From assembly GCA_964016885.1 (NCBI GenBank), contig OZ024740.1:128092001-128156000 (forward strand): 64,000 nucleotides of DNA, read 5' to 3'. The stretch comes from Eledone cirrhosa (lineage: Eukaryota). The notes below the pieces were generated by a model. The model was not told the DNA's origin. It did not search any database and worked only from the letters and a program-made list of their open reading frames with translations. The position numbers were made by a program, and so were the translations under genes. Below are positions 40,285-55,560 of the stretch, piece after piece (position 1 is the stretch's first letter; every line of letters begins with the position of its first letter).

Positions 40285-43200
40285 ATAACACAGAACAATA
40301 AGTTTTTAGTATTATGCACTCACACAAACAAATACACACACAAATATGCATATATTATTCAAGACACTTTTCCAACAAAAGGCCAAGGTGTTTTTTCTGC
40401 AGAAATATCACATTTTCACAGATATACCATATATCTATACATAATTGTGTTGTGTGATTAATATTTTCTGGATGAGCAGTAGAAGTCACTGGTAGGACAC
40501 AAACATTAGACTACTGAATAAAATCCCTAGCAATATTTAATTCTAACCTCCTATCTTCTATGCTAACATCACATTTGGGATTGACACTGCAAAATAATTT
40601 ATTACTGGGCTCTGTATAGTATGTACCAAGCATATGATCATTGATCACATTCACTAAATCTTTCCATTCCAAATTGGTAATACTGTGCCAATGTAAATAA
40701 ATATTTTTAATCTTTTTGTTCTGGTTTTGTCATTTGAATACAGCTATGCCAGGCACCATGGTGATGGGATATTTTTGATTATATTGAATCAGTACTTATT
40801 TTCTTTTTTCAAGACTGGTAGCTATTCTCTTGATCTCTCTTTTCCTGAATCACTATTTTTGTCATACACAAACATTAAATGCACATAGAGACACAAGCAC
40901 ATACACACATATACAATAGGGTTCCACAGACTTCCATCAACCAAATTTCTCACACAAGGCATTGCTTAACCTGAGGGTAAATTAGGAGACATTTGCCCAT
41001 GGTAGTGTACAGTTGGATTCAACCAGAAATTATGGCTGGACTTATGACTCTTTACATGAGGAAATAATTGTTTTATTAGAAATATTGTATCATGCACTAG
41101 ATTCGATATATATTCTCTTTCGATTGTATCTACATATAGCTAAAAGCTCATTAGATTGATTTTTGTCTTTAACCATTTTAATGCCAAGCTGCCTAAGACA
41201 AAGTTTATCTAAATTGAAATTTTCCCCTTTAATTTTTTAAAAGAAACTTTTGTTAAGTTTTGTTAAAACTAAAAAACATTTTTCACAAATTTCTCTCAAT
41301 TATTATTTTTCTCAATTATTATTTCTCTCAAATTTGATCGAAATGTATTTCAGCAAAAATACTGTTACACAATGCTTGACTTATCTGGAATTGATAAAAT
41401 AAGTTTGATTTCATATAGTGTGTCCTGATCAGTAGAGCATATATCCTGTCACTTATTGCTTAGCTTTTCCTCTAACTCTTCATTGAAAGACATTGTTTGA
41501 AAATATTCATCATCTACTTTTTCTGAATATATTTATCAGGCACCTGGCTTTGTAACAGACATCACCCACAGCTTTACCATGAGTTGTCTCCAGCTGAGTC
41601 AACCCCTTTGTTCTATAATCATAGCAAATGATAGAATATTTCTCCTGGTGGTGTTATTGTCCTTACTATTTGTTGTATCATTTTTGTATTTAAATTATTG
41701 ATTCTAACAGATTTTTGCATCTTTTAATGTCTACTTTTGGAGCTCTCTCTACATATTTCATTAATAATTTAGGTGCTTGTGCGTGTTTTTTAAAATTAAT
41801 GCTTCCATCACCCTGTTACTTCTGAGATAAACATCTTTCATCATGAAAATATTGAAAATATCCAAACTGTAATAGTTTTGAAAATGTCTAAAGCAAGGAA
41901 GATTCCTACTGTAGATAATGAAGTAGGCATTTAAATGTTTCAGAAGCCTTAGATAGTAAAAGGAACAATAAACAATCTTTTTTGTATGATAATCTTAGAA
42001 AAAAACACCTTATAAGAAAAGCTTTATGACACAAGAGCCTTGAAACTGAACAATAACAACGATTGTTAGCCATGAACACTAATATGACAATTCTCCAATT
42101 GTAACTACTTTTAGTTTCAAGACAGATAATTATTGATGTATTTCTCAAGCCATGACTTATGGAATATAATATAATTACCTCCATTGATTTTGATCCTCGG
42201 TGTTCCAGTTGTTCATTTAATAGAACAGTCTGTTCATGAAATCAACATGCAGGTGACTGATTCTTCTACATATAAATGTATCCCCAACATAATTGTCAGC
42301 AGGATTCAGTGAGATAACATGTGTGACAAAGCTATCCATTTGAATTACAGGTACAGTGCATTTGACAAGGTTTCAAGCAATTTCTACTCAATACAATTTC
42401 AATCATAAAGCTTAGCTCAACTCAAAGCTGTGTTAACTGAGATTTTCGCAAGATGCGATACAGTTGGACCAAGTCAAAGACCATATGATGGCAAAGAAAA
42501 CTTCTTAGGCATTCAACCATGCTGCATCCACCATGAGGTATAAAGATAATAATAATGCATTAATTCTCTAGTGATAGATGGGAAAATCACAGCATCTCAT
42601 TTCACTGATATATTTTCATTGTTTAGAAGTTATGTTCATAATTAATTATAAACACCAGTTCAAGAGGTAAAATATTAGCAAATAAAATCTTCATTGTAAT
42701 TTGAGCTGCTAAATGAAGACATTTTACATCACTTTCAGTCAACAGAATACAATTCAAATATCAGAACTTACTATTGTTAATGTCGTTAAATATCAGTGTT
42801 ATGTGCCAATTAGAAAAGATACCAATATTTTTGTTTCATAGAGACAACTGAGACAGAAAAGAACTGCATTAGTAGATTGTATCACTATCTTAAAGTTTCA
42901 ATGAAGCTATTGTTGTGTTTTTTTTCTTGTTTTTCTTTGTCTGAAAGTATCATTTAAGTGCTTCTTAGTGTGGTGATTATGGTTATTGAAAATAATAGTA
43001 TTAAATACCAGTAACTATAACAGTGATTAAATGCTTTGCAATCTTTTGTTCCACCCCTTCTCATAGACAGAATCAGGATAGCACTAGAAAACTAGATGCC
43101 TGTGGCCTTCAGTTACATTCTTTTACATTAATAATTCAATGCCATCAAAATCAACTTTGTCTTTCATATTTCTGAGGTGTTAATAAAAGAAGCACTAATA

Positions 43201-43983
43201 TTAAGCTGTGGTAGATTTAATTCATTCTGCCCATCCTAAACTAGTGATGTTGTACCATCGTTAGAATTAACATTTTGTAACATCTCATAAAGTCTGAGTT
43301 CTAAACAAGCTATTATTATATTTAACTACTCTCTGTCCAGGTCAAATACAATAAAACATGATAATAATGATTCTTTTGACTGTATCACCGCACTAAAAAT
43401 GTTGCATACGTCTAAAATTATAACCATCAGGTATCACCTACTTTCAACAAGTTTAATGCCATAGACCCTACTAATACTACTTATGATTAACTACAAGTGT
43501 GTATATGGTGGGATTCAAATCCCTTTCATGATTACTGGTAGGTTATAATATGATTTCAATACAGAATACAAAGTATCCAAATAAATACCACAGAGCACCC
43601 AAACCACACTGTAATGATGTTGCCAGTACCCTACCTTACACTGATATTTTATTTAACCCCATAATAAATAAATAAACTCGGTATCAGTGAGGTGGAGATG
43701 AAAAGGCTTAAGGTAGGAATGACACACTTATGAACTGCATGAGTATTGTAGCTCACAAAAGTAGAGACACAACTCACAAAAGAAAGGATAACTTAGCCTT
43801 GTTGGGCACAAAGCAACTTCTCTGGTGTCTACGTCCAATGCATGCTGCATAGTATTTGGGAGTAGCAAGGGAGTAGCAAGGGATCCATGCAAAGAAACTA
43901 TGCCAAAATGAAATGTCTCTGAACTATTCAGGAGGGCAGTAACTCTGAATAAAAACTAAACATATCCCAGCATTGAAAATTAA

Positions 43984-44088
<105 letters not shown>

Positions 44089-44356
44089 CGTGTGTGTGGA
44101 TGGGTGTATCCAAAATAGCTGACTGAATACACATATGTTTTTGTTTCCTGTTGCTTCCTCTTCCCTCTCTTTCCATCTTTCTATTTTATGTTTTTTCTTT
44201 CTGATTCTATCTTCTGATGAAGGACTAGTGTGAGAAACATCAATACTCTTTTTCTACTATATCAAGTGTAAAACTAATATATTTCTTCATTGTAATGTGT
44301 CATTTGCTTCGTTATTTCTCTTTACTTTTGGCACACACACACATATATATACACAC

Positions 44357-44433
<77 letters not shown>

Positions 44434-45539
44434 TCTGTGTGTGCATATACTGAAACCATAATTGTCAAATGTTCCATGATAAATACAAAAGGACTCCAAA
44501 CATACTTCCATGCACAATGATAATTAAACCTATACTAATTACTAGTACTGATATAACAAACAACATTAATCCCTAACCATCATATTATGTGGAGGGAATG
44601 CCTAACTGGTGAAGGTGTTGAACTTTCGATCATAATCTCATGGTTCTTATGTTACCCCAGTATACTCAGCTGAAAATGAGTACAAGCAATTGCTGGAGGG
44701 TTAACCATGTGATAGACTGGCATCCTGTTCAGGGTTGAATCTTCATATTCATTTCATACCACAGAAACCAGTTTAAACAACAGCGTGATAAGCCTCGGCA
44801 TTCAAGACTGTAGACTTTTATACATCATATACGATTGTCATTGATTGAAACAATGGCAAGTAGAAAAAAAAGGATTTGTTTTCTTGAGTGAAGGTCATTG
44901 TCGTATTAGTTCAGTATGAAATTACAGTTACTTCCTTGCCACTCTTGGTTTCAGGAATGCTATGACACAATGATTTGGACAATTGGTAACATGCAACCAG
45001 CATCATTAATCACAATATATAATAAAATACATAAACTAGAGAAGAAGAAGTTTTGTGTAAGAGATGCATAGTTGACAGCATCCAATCCAATACATTATTG
45101 ATAGTGAGTTCATTTACCCATTAATATTTAAATTCAGAACATGGATGGGCAAAATAAAATATAGTAATACATTTAGTCCACAGATTTCACTATATCAAGT
45201 TAAAGAAAATTATGCATATTAAAGGGTGACTGTTCCCTGCTATATGAAAGGTATATTCTATAAGCTGTTAGCATAAACCTTTCAGAAATAATGACTATAT
45301 TTTACATATCACATGGCCAAATTTAATAGTGTATATTACTGATATAAGCCCAAAACAAAACCTTTGTGGTCACTCCATCTGCAAAAATTAGAAACAAAAT
45401 ATTCATCAACACACACATCATTGTAAAACTAGAAAAAGACACATCAAATGATTTAGTCCTAGATGCCCCTAAACATATAGGATAACCACAGTTGAAATAT
45501 ATTTTGTCATAGATCTGTTTGATCAGGGCTAACAGGGAA

Positions 45540-46325
45540 GTCCAGTTTGACGACACTGGATGGCAGCAGGCCACCTTACTCCTTATATTGTGGGCGTCAT
45601 CCTCCATTCTTACTGGCTCTGCCTAATTTCCTTTCATTGGTGATCTCTTGCCATGTCCTCATCAGCAGGGCTCAGCACAACTGAACCTACTGTGATTGGG
45701 AACAAGAGGCAGCCTACACAACATAGAACCAGCTCAGTCTACACCCTATGAGTGTCCATCCTCCTCTCCTCCATAGATGTCCAGTCTCCCAAAATAAATA
45801 GAATGCCATCCTTTGAAACCTGATTTCAGATGGACAAGTGTGCTGGCTCAACCAGCACCATCCGGCATGTTTCTGTTTGACCTCCCAACCCCACAGGGAT
45901 GCCTGGCTCAAAGCAGTTCCATCACTTGCTGGAATAAGGTGAAGGCAAAGTGCCAGGGGGCTTGACAATCTTCCTGTTCTGTGGGGGTAGGCCCCTCATA
46001 TGAGATGCTACATGCTGTGACAACCTGCTCTAGTGGCAACCTGGTGCATTCTGTGACCAACCAAGGCTCTGCTGTCCGCCAGGCCAAAGAGAGAAAACTG
46101 TCTAAGTATGGGTTGTCCACTTCTAGGTTTTTCCTAGAGCCTGTAGCAGTGATAACTTCTGGAAGTCTTGACCCCCAGAACACATCCATCCTCACTGTTA
46201 TCAGAGCGGAGATGGCTGCTCACAGGTTCTCATCCAGGCTCATCCAGAACATCTCCCTCACCATCCTCTGGGGCAATATATCCTCCATCTTGTGGGTTGG
46301 GAGCAAGAGGCAGAGATTAAGTTAG
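45540..46325 (+). mobile_element. CRE-like non-LTR retrotransposon remnant (restriction-like endonuclease)
   Basis: GKVPGGLTIF...GRPLI*DATC, KLSKY, FLEPVAVITSGS, LIQNISLTILWGNISSIL, resembling RPDG...WD.T...KY...F.P.A.E..G...QR.S...QRGN. Confidence 0.75.
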
Positions 46326-46668
46326 TTGGCAGTGGAAGGTACTAGTTCAAACATCACCAAGTGGTGCACACATACACAAAATAGATAAAAAGAAATATCT
46401 GAAGTACTATTGATTCAGCCTTGACTGTTACTGGTAAGACTTTTGTTCCAACTATGAAAGATAAAATATTTTTCAGGAACCAATTAGTTTTTATGATAAC
46501 TTTCTTGAAATTTTGAAAAGAAAGCTAACCTTAAACGAATTTGAACTGAAACATAGAGTACGAAGACTGAATATTGTGCTTCATAACTACAATATGTTCC
46601 AATCCTATTTCACTAAATACTGAAAATATTTATTTCCTTTACTTACATCTTTTTTCCGTTTCTAACAG

Positions 46669-46682
46669 CACAACAGATAAAT
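46669..46682 (+). CDS. putative 14-nt micro-exon (SQQIN)
   Basis: tcttttttccgtttctaacAG|cacaacagataaat|GTATGA. Confidence 0.4.
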
Positions 46683-47522
46683 GTATGACTTTATATTATA
46701 GCATATATTTTACCAAGTTGAGATGAAAATTCACCAGAATATTGTATTTTGGAAGTGTGTATGACAAACTTTTGGCTGGTTTCTATAAATAACTACAGAC
46801 TTCCAATGTTTGTTGAGAAATTGGTTAGTGAAAAAAGAGCAAATACAAAACTGAGGTGGAGAAAATAAAGAAAAGTAGAATGACATGGCTCAGAGCAAAT
46901 CAAGAAGCAAAATTTTCATTAACTAGACATAGAAATAAGAAGAGAGACAACTTGAGATGGTTTATTGCTCAGATGTGCACAACATATGTAAGTAAACATA
47001 AATGAAGAAAACAAAACTATTTCTATTAATGGATATATATTATTATGTCTGGTGCTATGATGTCATGGCATGTTTTCAAATCTTGCACATGTACATACAT
47101 ATATATGAATATAAATAGTTTAGATGTAAATGCTTGAAAATATGAATATATCTATCTTTCTAAATACAAGAATACTCACTCTGATCACTGTGGATTCAAT
47201 TACAGTGGTCCATGATATTCTCTGCTCAAAATTTGATATTAAAATGTGAATACTGAAGGTAATGATTCGATTTACTGCTCTAAGTGGTATACTCTTTTAC
47301 TGGGTTCCAGACAACAGACTGTTGCCATGTTGGGGCACCAACGTAAAGGGATTTAGTTGAACATATTGGCTTCAATCATTTCAAGTCTAGTAGTCATTTT
47401 ATCAATTTCTGTTTTGAACTGCTAAGGTACAGTACACAGATATGTACACATCTTACAGAAACACACACACACACCTATTAGTGTGAAAGATGGATGTTAA
47501 AAGATTATGATGATGATATATC

Positions 47523-47556
<34 letters not shown>

Positions 47557-47704
47557 ATAATAATAAATGTGAAGACTAAGATCCAAAGAGGGCTCGATAA
47601 GGATAAATATATATCAAATATATAAAAACCATAGATCCCATTAAGGGTGAAAGCAGCGATTCTTTGCTTAAACTTTAATCTGTTATTTTAATAAATATAT
47701 ATAT

Positions 47705-47736
<32 letters not shown>

Positions 47737-47738
<2 letters not shown>

Positions 47739-48335
47739 GGGGAGCAGTTGGAAATGTTCAAGTATCTCAGAGCTATGTACACAAGTGATGGAAGGCAAGA
47801 GCCTGAAGTAAGTGAAAGAATTGTAGGAGCTGGTACAGTAATGTACCAGCCTCAGCATTCAGTAATCAAAAGGAGGGAAATATGTTTAAAAGCCAAACTC
47901 ACTATCTTCAATTTGGTATACGTGCCAACCCTTACCTATTGCCATGAATCTTGGATATTGACTGAAAGTATATGATCACGAATAAACGTGGCTGAAATGG
48001 GTTCCTCCAAATTTTCTTTGGACTAATGTTGCTTGATCGTGTGCATAGCTTGGAGATCAGAGAGTCACTCCAGGTAGAGCTGCTACTTTATTGAATTGAG
48101 AGATCACAGCTCTGACACTATGGTTATGTGGTTAGAATGTACTAGGAAAGAATTGCTTGACAGATTTTACCGGCAAAACCAACCGATACGAGACCCAGTG
48201 GTAGACTTGGAGCAGGATGGTTGGATAACAGCCAGATCAATTGGAGAGGCTTGCTTCTGACAAGGCCCACTGGAAGAAGTGTTTGAGAATTTTTCCCCCA
48301 CGACCTTCTCAGGAATAAGTGGGCAAAGAAGAAGA
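47737..48335 (+). mobile_element. RTE (Expander-like) 3' fragment, same type as 16240-17262
   Basis: FKYLRAMYTSDGRQE...KAKLTIFNLVYVPTLTYCHESW. Confidence 0.85.
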
Positions 48336-48574
48336 AAAAAATAAGAATATATATATATAAACAAGCATGAAGGGCATCCATATAGCTTCTGTCAATCACA
48401 TTTTTCTCACAAGTCATTGGTTAATTTGATGCTATAGTATAAAACACATACCCGGTACTCTATACAATGGGACTGAACCCAAAATGATGAGGATGCAATA
48501 TCATACTTGATATGTATAAGAAGTGAAAAATAAAACAATTTCTTTTTTCATTCAATTGCTACTTCATGTATTGC

Positions 48575-49330
48575 TCTAGTTCTTTGTTTTAAATGCTGCT
48601 GGTTATTGAATGTAAAGCCGATGCTGATATATAGACCAGAAGACCAGATGACCAGAACACTCACATGCTCTTGAAGAGTTCATACAGAATATACCAGTTT
48701 ATAAAAAATGTAGAAAAGTTTGGGTTACAAACTTTTTACTTAGATTTTCTCAAAAACTATATCTCTAGAATGTAATATATAGTAGATCTATAAATTTAGA
48801 CTTTAAAATATTTTTTGTGCTTGATAATACTTTGGGGCCCCTAATATCACTCCATAACCCATGACTAAATGTTATTGTTGTATTTTACCACTGTGTATGG
48901 CAACAATGTTGCAATCAATGGAAACAGAGGATGACAGTAAGATTGAAAGTCGATTAATTGTGCAACCCATTTGTCAAGGCTATTGAAATAACAACAATTG
49001 AACTTGCACATTTTGAGAAGAATAACACAAAGTATGCATTGGAAAATATTAAAGCTACATTGCATAAGGTAATCGATAACAATATAAGAGCTGTTTTAGA
49101 AAATATAATTGCTCATTGTACAAATAATTATGGGAGATCTGTGACTAAATATACATGGGCAATAGCAGAACGCTGACAAAATTGAAAGACAAGCAGTCAC
49201 TGATGGCTTGTTGCAATGCGAACACAACTATGTGATTATGATAGGAATGCACCTCAATGAGAAGATATGAATTCGAGTTGCATTGGGTTTCATAATTTTC
49301 AAATTCTGTCATATGATTCTATGAGTACTC
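48575..49330 (+). mobile_element. very degenerate pogo/Tigger transposase remnant
   Basis: Scattered motifs NAAG..KPMLIYR, VLDN, NVIVVF, QPICQG. Confidence 0.4.
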
Positions 49331-50519
49331 TTTTTATAAGAATATTTTATCTTTGTTTCAAAATATAAGTATATCTTTATCATTAATATATTTCATTGTA
49401 CTGTTCAATGCAAATTGCAGGAAAATTTCTTAAGCGGGGTTTTATCAATTGGTTGAATTGTCACAATTTTCAGTCTTTAACTGAGCTGAATTTGAATCAA
49501 AGGATCTTAAAATACTTAGAAACCTAAAATAAATATTTTAATGTTGGAGATGTACTCTTGTCAAGGTCAGTATGCATATGTTATAGTAGTCATTACACAA
49601 TGAAGAGAAGTGTGTTCGAATGTCACCTAACTGAACTGTTTTCATTTTCTCTTATATGAGTATGATTTATATTAATGTTTCTCTTATATATAATGTTTAT
49701 TTATATTATCTTTTTTTTATATTAGGTATCCTTTACTTTTTACTTCCTCAGTATCTCTCTCACATATATTTTTTTGTGTGTATGTGCATGTGTGTATGAA
49801 ACATGCTCATACATGACCAGTGCACAAATATATATTTTATTTATATATGTAAGTTAGAAAGGAAACAATGCTATTTTCTATAGTGGAATTCTAACAAACA
49901 ACAGATTATTTAGAAGTTTAGACTATGCTAATATCTAGTTGCTGTAATTTTCTAATTCAGAAATATACTACCATTCATTCATATGTCTGTATTATATTTT
50001 GGATACTAGAAAAATATTTTCCTAAACTCGAATTAACTTTTACAATGTAATGTTCACAATTATTTTTGTAGCATGTAACAGATGAGAGATACATCTTTCA
50101 CTGGATACAATGTTAGACTTTTACAATTAATATTCCTGGATGATATGATACTTGTTCCCAACTTTCAAAGTCTGTTCAAATCACAGAGGTTCATCAGATT
50201 GGAGTTTACCCTAGTTTATATGGTGTACAATAACTGGAAATACATGACCTCCTCCTTGAACAAGATACCAGTCAATCAAAAGATTAAACTTGAACAAAAG
50301 CTACTACTCATTTTTTTTTCAGCTAAATGAACTGGTGTAATATAAAATAAAGTGTCTTACTCAAGGACACAACTTGCTGTCCTGTCTGAGTATTGAACCA
50401 ATGAGATTAGGAAAATGAGTACAATGGTCTTATTACTAGACTACATACATTAACAATATTTAACAGTACTGTAAATAGCCTAATATAATGTAGATATAAT
50501 TTGTTTGTTTTTTCCTCAG

Positions 50520-50549
50520 AAGATTCTTGCTGAAGATCCGAACTCATAA
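50520..50549 (+). CDS. putative terminal coding exon (KILAEDPNS*)
   Basis: ttgtttgtttttttcctcAG acceptor; AATAAA at ~50906. Confidence 0.4.
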   Translation, partial: KILAEDPNS

Positions 50550-52095
50550 AAACCTACAAACAACTTGTCCAGTAGAATACATCATCCATAGAGCAATTTC
50601 AGTTCTACCTATTTTTGTATATTTAAATTATAATTCAACTGATTAATGAAACAGGTGAAAAAAGTGTTGATCACATGCCAAAGCTGTGTTAAGTAGTATG
50701 TCAACATAAAAAGTCAATATAAGCTTTTGTCTCTGGAGAAATGAAAGAGGTCACATGTGTTATTCTCCATACATTTATTGCCAATTGTGTACTTATTGCG
50801 TTTGTGATCAGAGTTTTAATGATGATATATACATAATTAATGTCTGTTAATTTTAGGTGTGCTAGTGTTAGACATTTTATAAAAACTACATAGTTTTGAA
50901 CAAAGAATAAATCAGGTCAATTTGCATAAGAGCGCTGATGTTGTTGCTGTTGATTAAACAAACTTATGATCATAGGCATTCTATTTGTAAAAATCCTACC
51001 TTTGCTTTTAGAAATAGTGTATCTAGCACTGTAATATCTGATCATCATCAAAATGAATGCCATCACAACCACCATTACCACCACCAACATCACTGTCACT
51101 ATTGTATATTTGCCATGATTGCATGGGTTAGTGGCTATTAATTTTAGGTTTGCTACATAGTTTTGAACAAAAAATAAATCAGCTTGGTTCATATAATGGT
51201 TGTGCTGGTGTTTTTGTTTATGATCAAACAGGTCTATGATCATAATCATTGTAGTTGTAACCTCTAGTCTGTTTTTAGACAAGATACATCTAAAACTATA
51301 ACATCCAATACGACCTCTTTTAAAACTGCAGGAAATTATTTGAGGGAGACTTGACTCTTATTTCTGATATAGCAATCAATTATATAAAGGGTATCTTTTC
51401 AGTTCATACATGTATTGTTAACTTATCTTTTTCTCATGCATTTAAGACCACATAGCCAACATGCTCTTCTCACTTCAAGACTAGATTTTAAAAATGGAAA
51501 TATAGCTCTTGTATATGAGCTTCTTCTATGTTGAGTTCATTCTGTTGGTTATACTAATGTTTGGAGCATTCTCCTTTATCATATTGGGTCATTGTGTAGT
51601 GACTGAACAGTCTTTACATAATTATATGAAGAAGGAATTCAGGCCTACAGAATACAAGAAAATGTTAAGCTCAGCACATTAAAGACAAACAAAATATTTA
51701 TCAAAAAGGAGAGTGCTTCTGCTGACTAGAGTATTAAACTGTATCACCATACAGTCTTTACTTTATTATTGGTCAATTCAATAAGTGACAATTGATTGTT
51801 ACAGATGCTGAGCAGATGTAGTGATATAAATCCTATAACTCATGACTGGCAATCTAAGAACCTGCCAATATATCTATCTATACAATCTGCAAACTATGCA
51901 AAATATCTAATACTACAAAAAAAGAAATTCAATTATATTCACCTAAAACCACATCAATATGTTTCATAATTGAATGTGGGCATAAGTAAACAGAACAAAG
52001 CTAGAATTTTGTTTTAATTATTAGATAGCAATTGAACCCATATCTAATAAATAAGAAGGTGGGTTTGATTATTGCCAATACTTACAGCATCAAAA

Positions 52096-52277
52096 TAATT
52101 GTTTCTACTTTTTGGCACAAGGCCAGCAATTACCCCAGTGCATTACTGGTAGTTTATTTCATCGACCCCATTAGGATGATAATCAAAATCAACCTTAGAG
52201 GGATTTTAACTCAGACTATAATGGGCCGTAACTCTATGCTGCAAAGAATGGCATCTGACCCTCTGCCTATACTGCCT
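52096..52277 (-). mobile_element. SINE family B, older copy
   Basis: Homologous to 3446-3635. Confidence 0.8.
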
Positions 52278-52807
52278 AATGTGAACCTTTCAGCATCAAA
52301 TTAATGACAGCAGGGTTGAATAAATTAGTAGGAAAGATATTAGGGGCTAAATGAGATTATTTTCTGGATGTACTCTGAATATATATATTTTTTTCATTTT
52401 TAACCATCATCAGCAAAGATATAGCCTTCAGTCTCACTTTATGTCTGAAGTAACTTGGTTGTAATAGAAAAATATCTGTAAAAGCTATTGAGTATTAATG
52501 GGAAATGACATTTATTTATAAAAAGGTACTCACAACAAATTAAATAACACAATGATGGGTTTCCTTGTTTCCAATGTTTTCAGCATCCAAAATCGCTGTA
52601 TTAGGCTTTAATACAAAGGTCAAGAAAAATATTTGAAGGTAGCTAACAATATCTTCTGGTGGAGAAATCAAGGGAGACAACTCCAAACATTTTCGATTTC
52701 TTAGTCAGTGTTACCAAAAGAAGTATATTCTTCACGTAGTAGCCGTTAGAGTATTTAAACAGTCAAAACTTGAACTGTTTTAAGAAAGGAAGGACATATT
52801 AGATAAT

Positions 52808-53870
52808 AAGGCCTTCGACAGCATCGAAATCAATGCAGTGCTGAACTCACTGCAGAGGCAAGGAGTCGAGGTGCAATACGTTCACCTGCTCAAGGAGGCG
52901 AATTCCGGATGCACCACCAACATTGCTCTGCTGTCATCACCCGTACAAGTGCTAGTCGAGAAGGAAGTGAAGCAAAGTGATACAATCTCTCCAAAACTTT
53001 TCACCACATGTCCAGAGCAGATCATCAGAGGCATTGACTGGCAAGGCGGTGTCAACATCAATGGCTAGATACTTACTCACCTCCATTTAACTGATGACAT
53101 CGTACTCATCGCTGAAACCACAGATCAGCTTCAGACCATGCTGACGGAGCTCGACATCAAAAGCTCTGCAGTAGGCCTCAAGATGAACTGCATGAAAACG
53201 AAGTTCATGCAGTCTGACGACATACCAACAAGTCGAAGGGTGGTTGGCTGTGATGAAATAGAGGAGGTGGAGGAATACGTCTACCTAGGACAAGAAGTGA
53301 ACATGCACCGAGACATTGAGAGGGAGATCTCGCGGAGAGTAAGGTCCGGATGGAAGGCATTCAATGGCATAAGGGATGTGCTCAAGGGGAGGTAGGACAA
53401 GACCACCCGCGCCAACCTCTTCAATAGCACAGTTTTCCCTGCAATGTTATAATGCAGTGAAACTTGGGCTACAATGAAGAGAGAAGAGCAGAGGCTGGTA
53501 ACAGCTCAAAGAGCCATGGAGAGATCAATGCTAGGAATCTCGTTGAGAGAGCATATCAGGAGCGAAGTCGTCAGACAGAAGTCCGGTGTGAAGGATGTCA
53601 TCATGGAATATATGCGCAGCAAGTTCAGATGGGTTGGACACATCGCCCGGTTCAGCGATAATCGGTGGACCCATGCAATTGCCGAGTGCTACCCGCACGA
53701 ACGGAAACGATCACTTGGAAGGTCTCCACGGAGGTGGAGTTACGATTTTAGGAATATGATTGGGACTACATGGATGAGAAAAGCACGATCCAGAGAGGAA
53801 TGGACGGCGTGCTGTGACCAGCGGCACTGAATTGACTCCTGAGAGACTGGTCGGTCAAGGTGATCAAGGT
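52808..53870 (+). mobile_element. 5'-truncated RTE-1-like LINE
   Basis: KAFDSIE, VKQSDTISPKLF, YVYLGQ, RAMERSMLG, WVGHIAR; (CAAGGTGAT)n tail; possible TSD GATAAT. Confidence 0.93.
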
Positions 53871-54789
53871 GATAATCTAAGATATATATATATATGAAAA
53901 AAATGGTGAGATGGTCATATCACCAGGCTTTTTCTTAATAGGTCTGCTATATCAAGCTGACCAGAGATAAACAACACCAAATTGCTTACATTTTTTCCTT
54001 TTCCTGTTGTCATTCTATGTCGCTGCACACTCAGTTAAATATGTACAAACACATTACTAAAATACATTGCCATTTCAAAATTAAAATATGGACATATATT
54101 AATACACATTTACACACAAACACAAATACAAATGCACACATAGGCAAATAATTATACTGACATTTGTATTTTTTGTATAGTTTTTTCAATGAAAGCACAG
54201 TGGGACATTCAGATATTTCACCTGATGACTAATTATGCAATGAACCATGCAATACCTAATGTCTCTGTTGACAGCTCGGGAAACTGATGCAAACAGAGAA
54301 ATAAACACCAGTATAATTTCCTTGTCTATATAATTGACCAAATAGAGTTTCATATGAAATAGATACATAGACTGGAAAAGTAGTACATGATAGACAACAA
54401 ACAGAAGATCAATGAAAAGTCAAGCAAATGCTTTCTGAAGCAGGCAAACAGAAAAAGGAATATGTATGTATGTATATATACATATATACATACATATTCT
54501 ATATGTATATACACAGACAGACAACTACAACGACAGTGATTATTATGTACTTCACCATGAAGTATATGACATAACTGATTATATTCAAGGAAACATACTT
54601 AGTTTGAGGTGATAATTGTCCAATGTTAAACCCCAAGTTAATAAAAGCATGTAACTAAGAAATAGACATTTGTAATTTTATGTCTCTATAGCTTGGATTC
54701 AGGCCTAATATCGTTCAGGTGTTTGTGTGTGTTATTAATAGTGACAGTTTAATGTGAAGGTTATTTGAAACTGGGTTATCAAATCATTC

Positions 54790-55560
54790 TTGAGACTGTT
54801 TTGAGACGCCAGTATCGTCAACACTTCTAAGTAAACAGCCTATATCCATGTCAAGAGGTGATCTCAACAGGAAGCGTAAACAAATGTGGCTGCAGAGATG
54901 ATGATCAGGCATAATCTGGTTATTCCAGAAGAGATAACTGCTGAGTGCAACTTGTAGATGAGTTATTGATAGTCAACAGCACTGCATTTAATTCAGAGTT
55001 GCTGAAAGAAATGTTTCACAAGTGCAATATCAGCTGCTTATTCAGAGCTAGAAGAGACGATGTGCAGATGGCATTGTGAAAATACATCATGGCACAACCA
55101 AGGCTGTGATTGAGGCAGCGTTTTGATACACCTCTGTCAGGTCCAGCTAGAGTCAGTGTAAGAAAGAACAATATTTAGATATGAATGTTGACATCTGAGC
55201 ATTGTACCACAGTAACTTGAGGAAGAAGAAAAGCCTACATCCATTCAGATAGAAGACATGGTATATAAAGCCCCTGAATATATACTGCACCACTTAATAT
55301 GGAAGAGGAACAATGTTAGCTATGAATTTACAAGTCAATTTCATTTCAGGGAATGCCACGCCATATTTTCGGAATCTATATGGTTGTCAACGCATCAAAT
55401 GATAACAACGCCCTACAAAGTTCACAGAGCAAGCAACATCTGCCCAGATGGACAGCCAGCTTGGACATGGAGTAAGGGTGTATGAATGATATTCATATCA
55501 GAGGGATGTGTGACATAGGAGTTAAGTGAGGCTCTCCTTCACTCCTGAAAGAACAGGTTC
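54790..55560 (+). mobile_element. ancient BovB-like RTE remnant
   Basis: Only scattered, weak RT and C-terminal motifs. Confidence 0.35.

Noticed and set aside
30400-42200. Possible L1/Tx1 remnants (30400-31900 +, 36600-37900 +, 41440-42200 -)
   Set aside because: Motifs are too decayed to support by eye.
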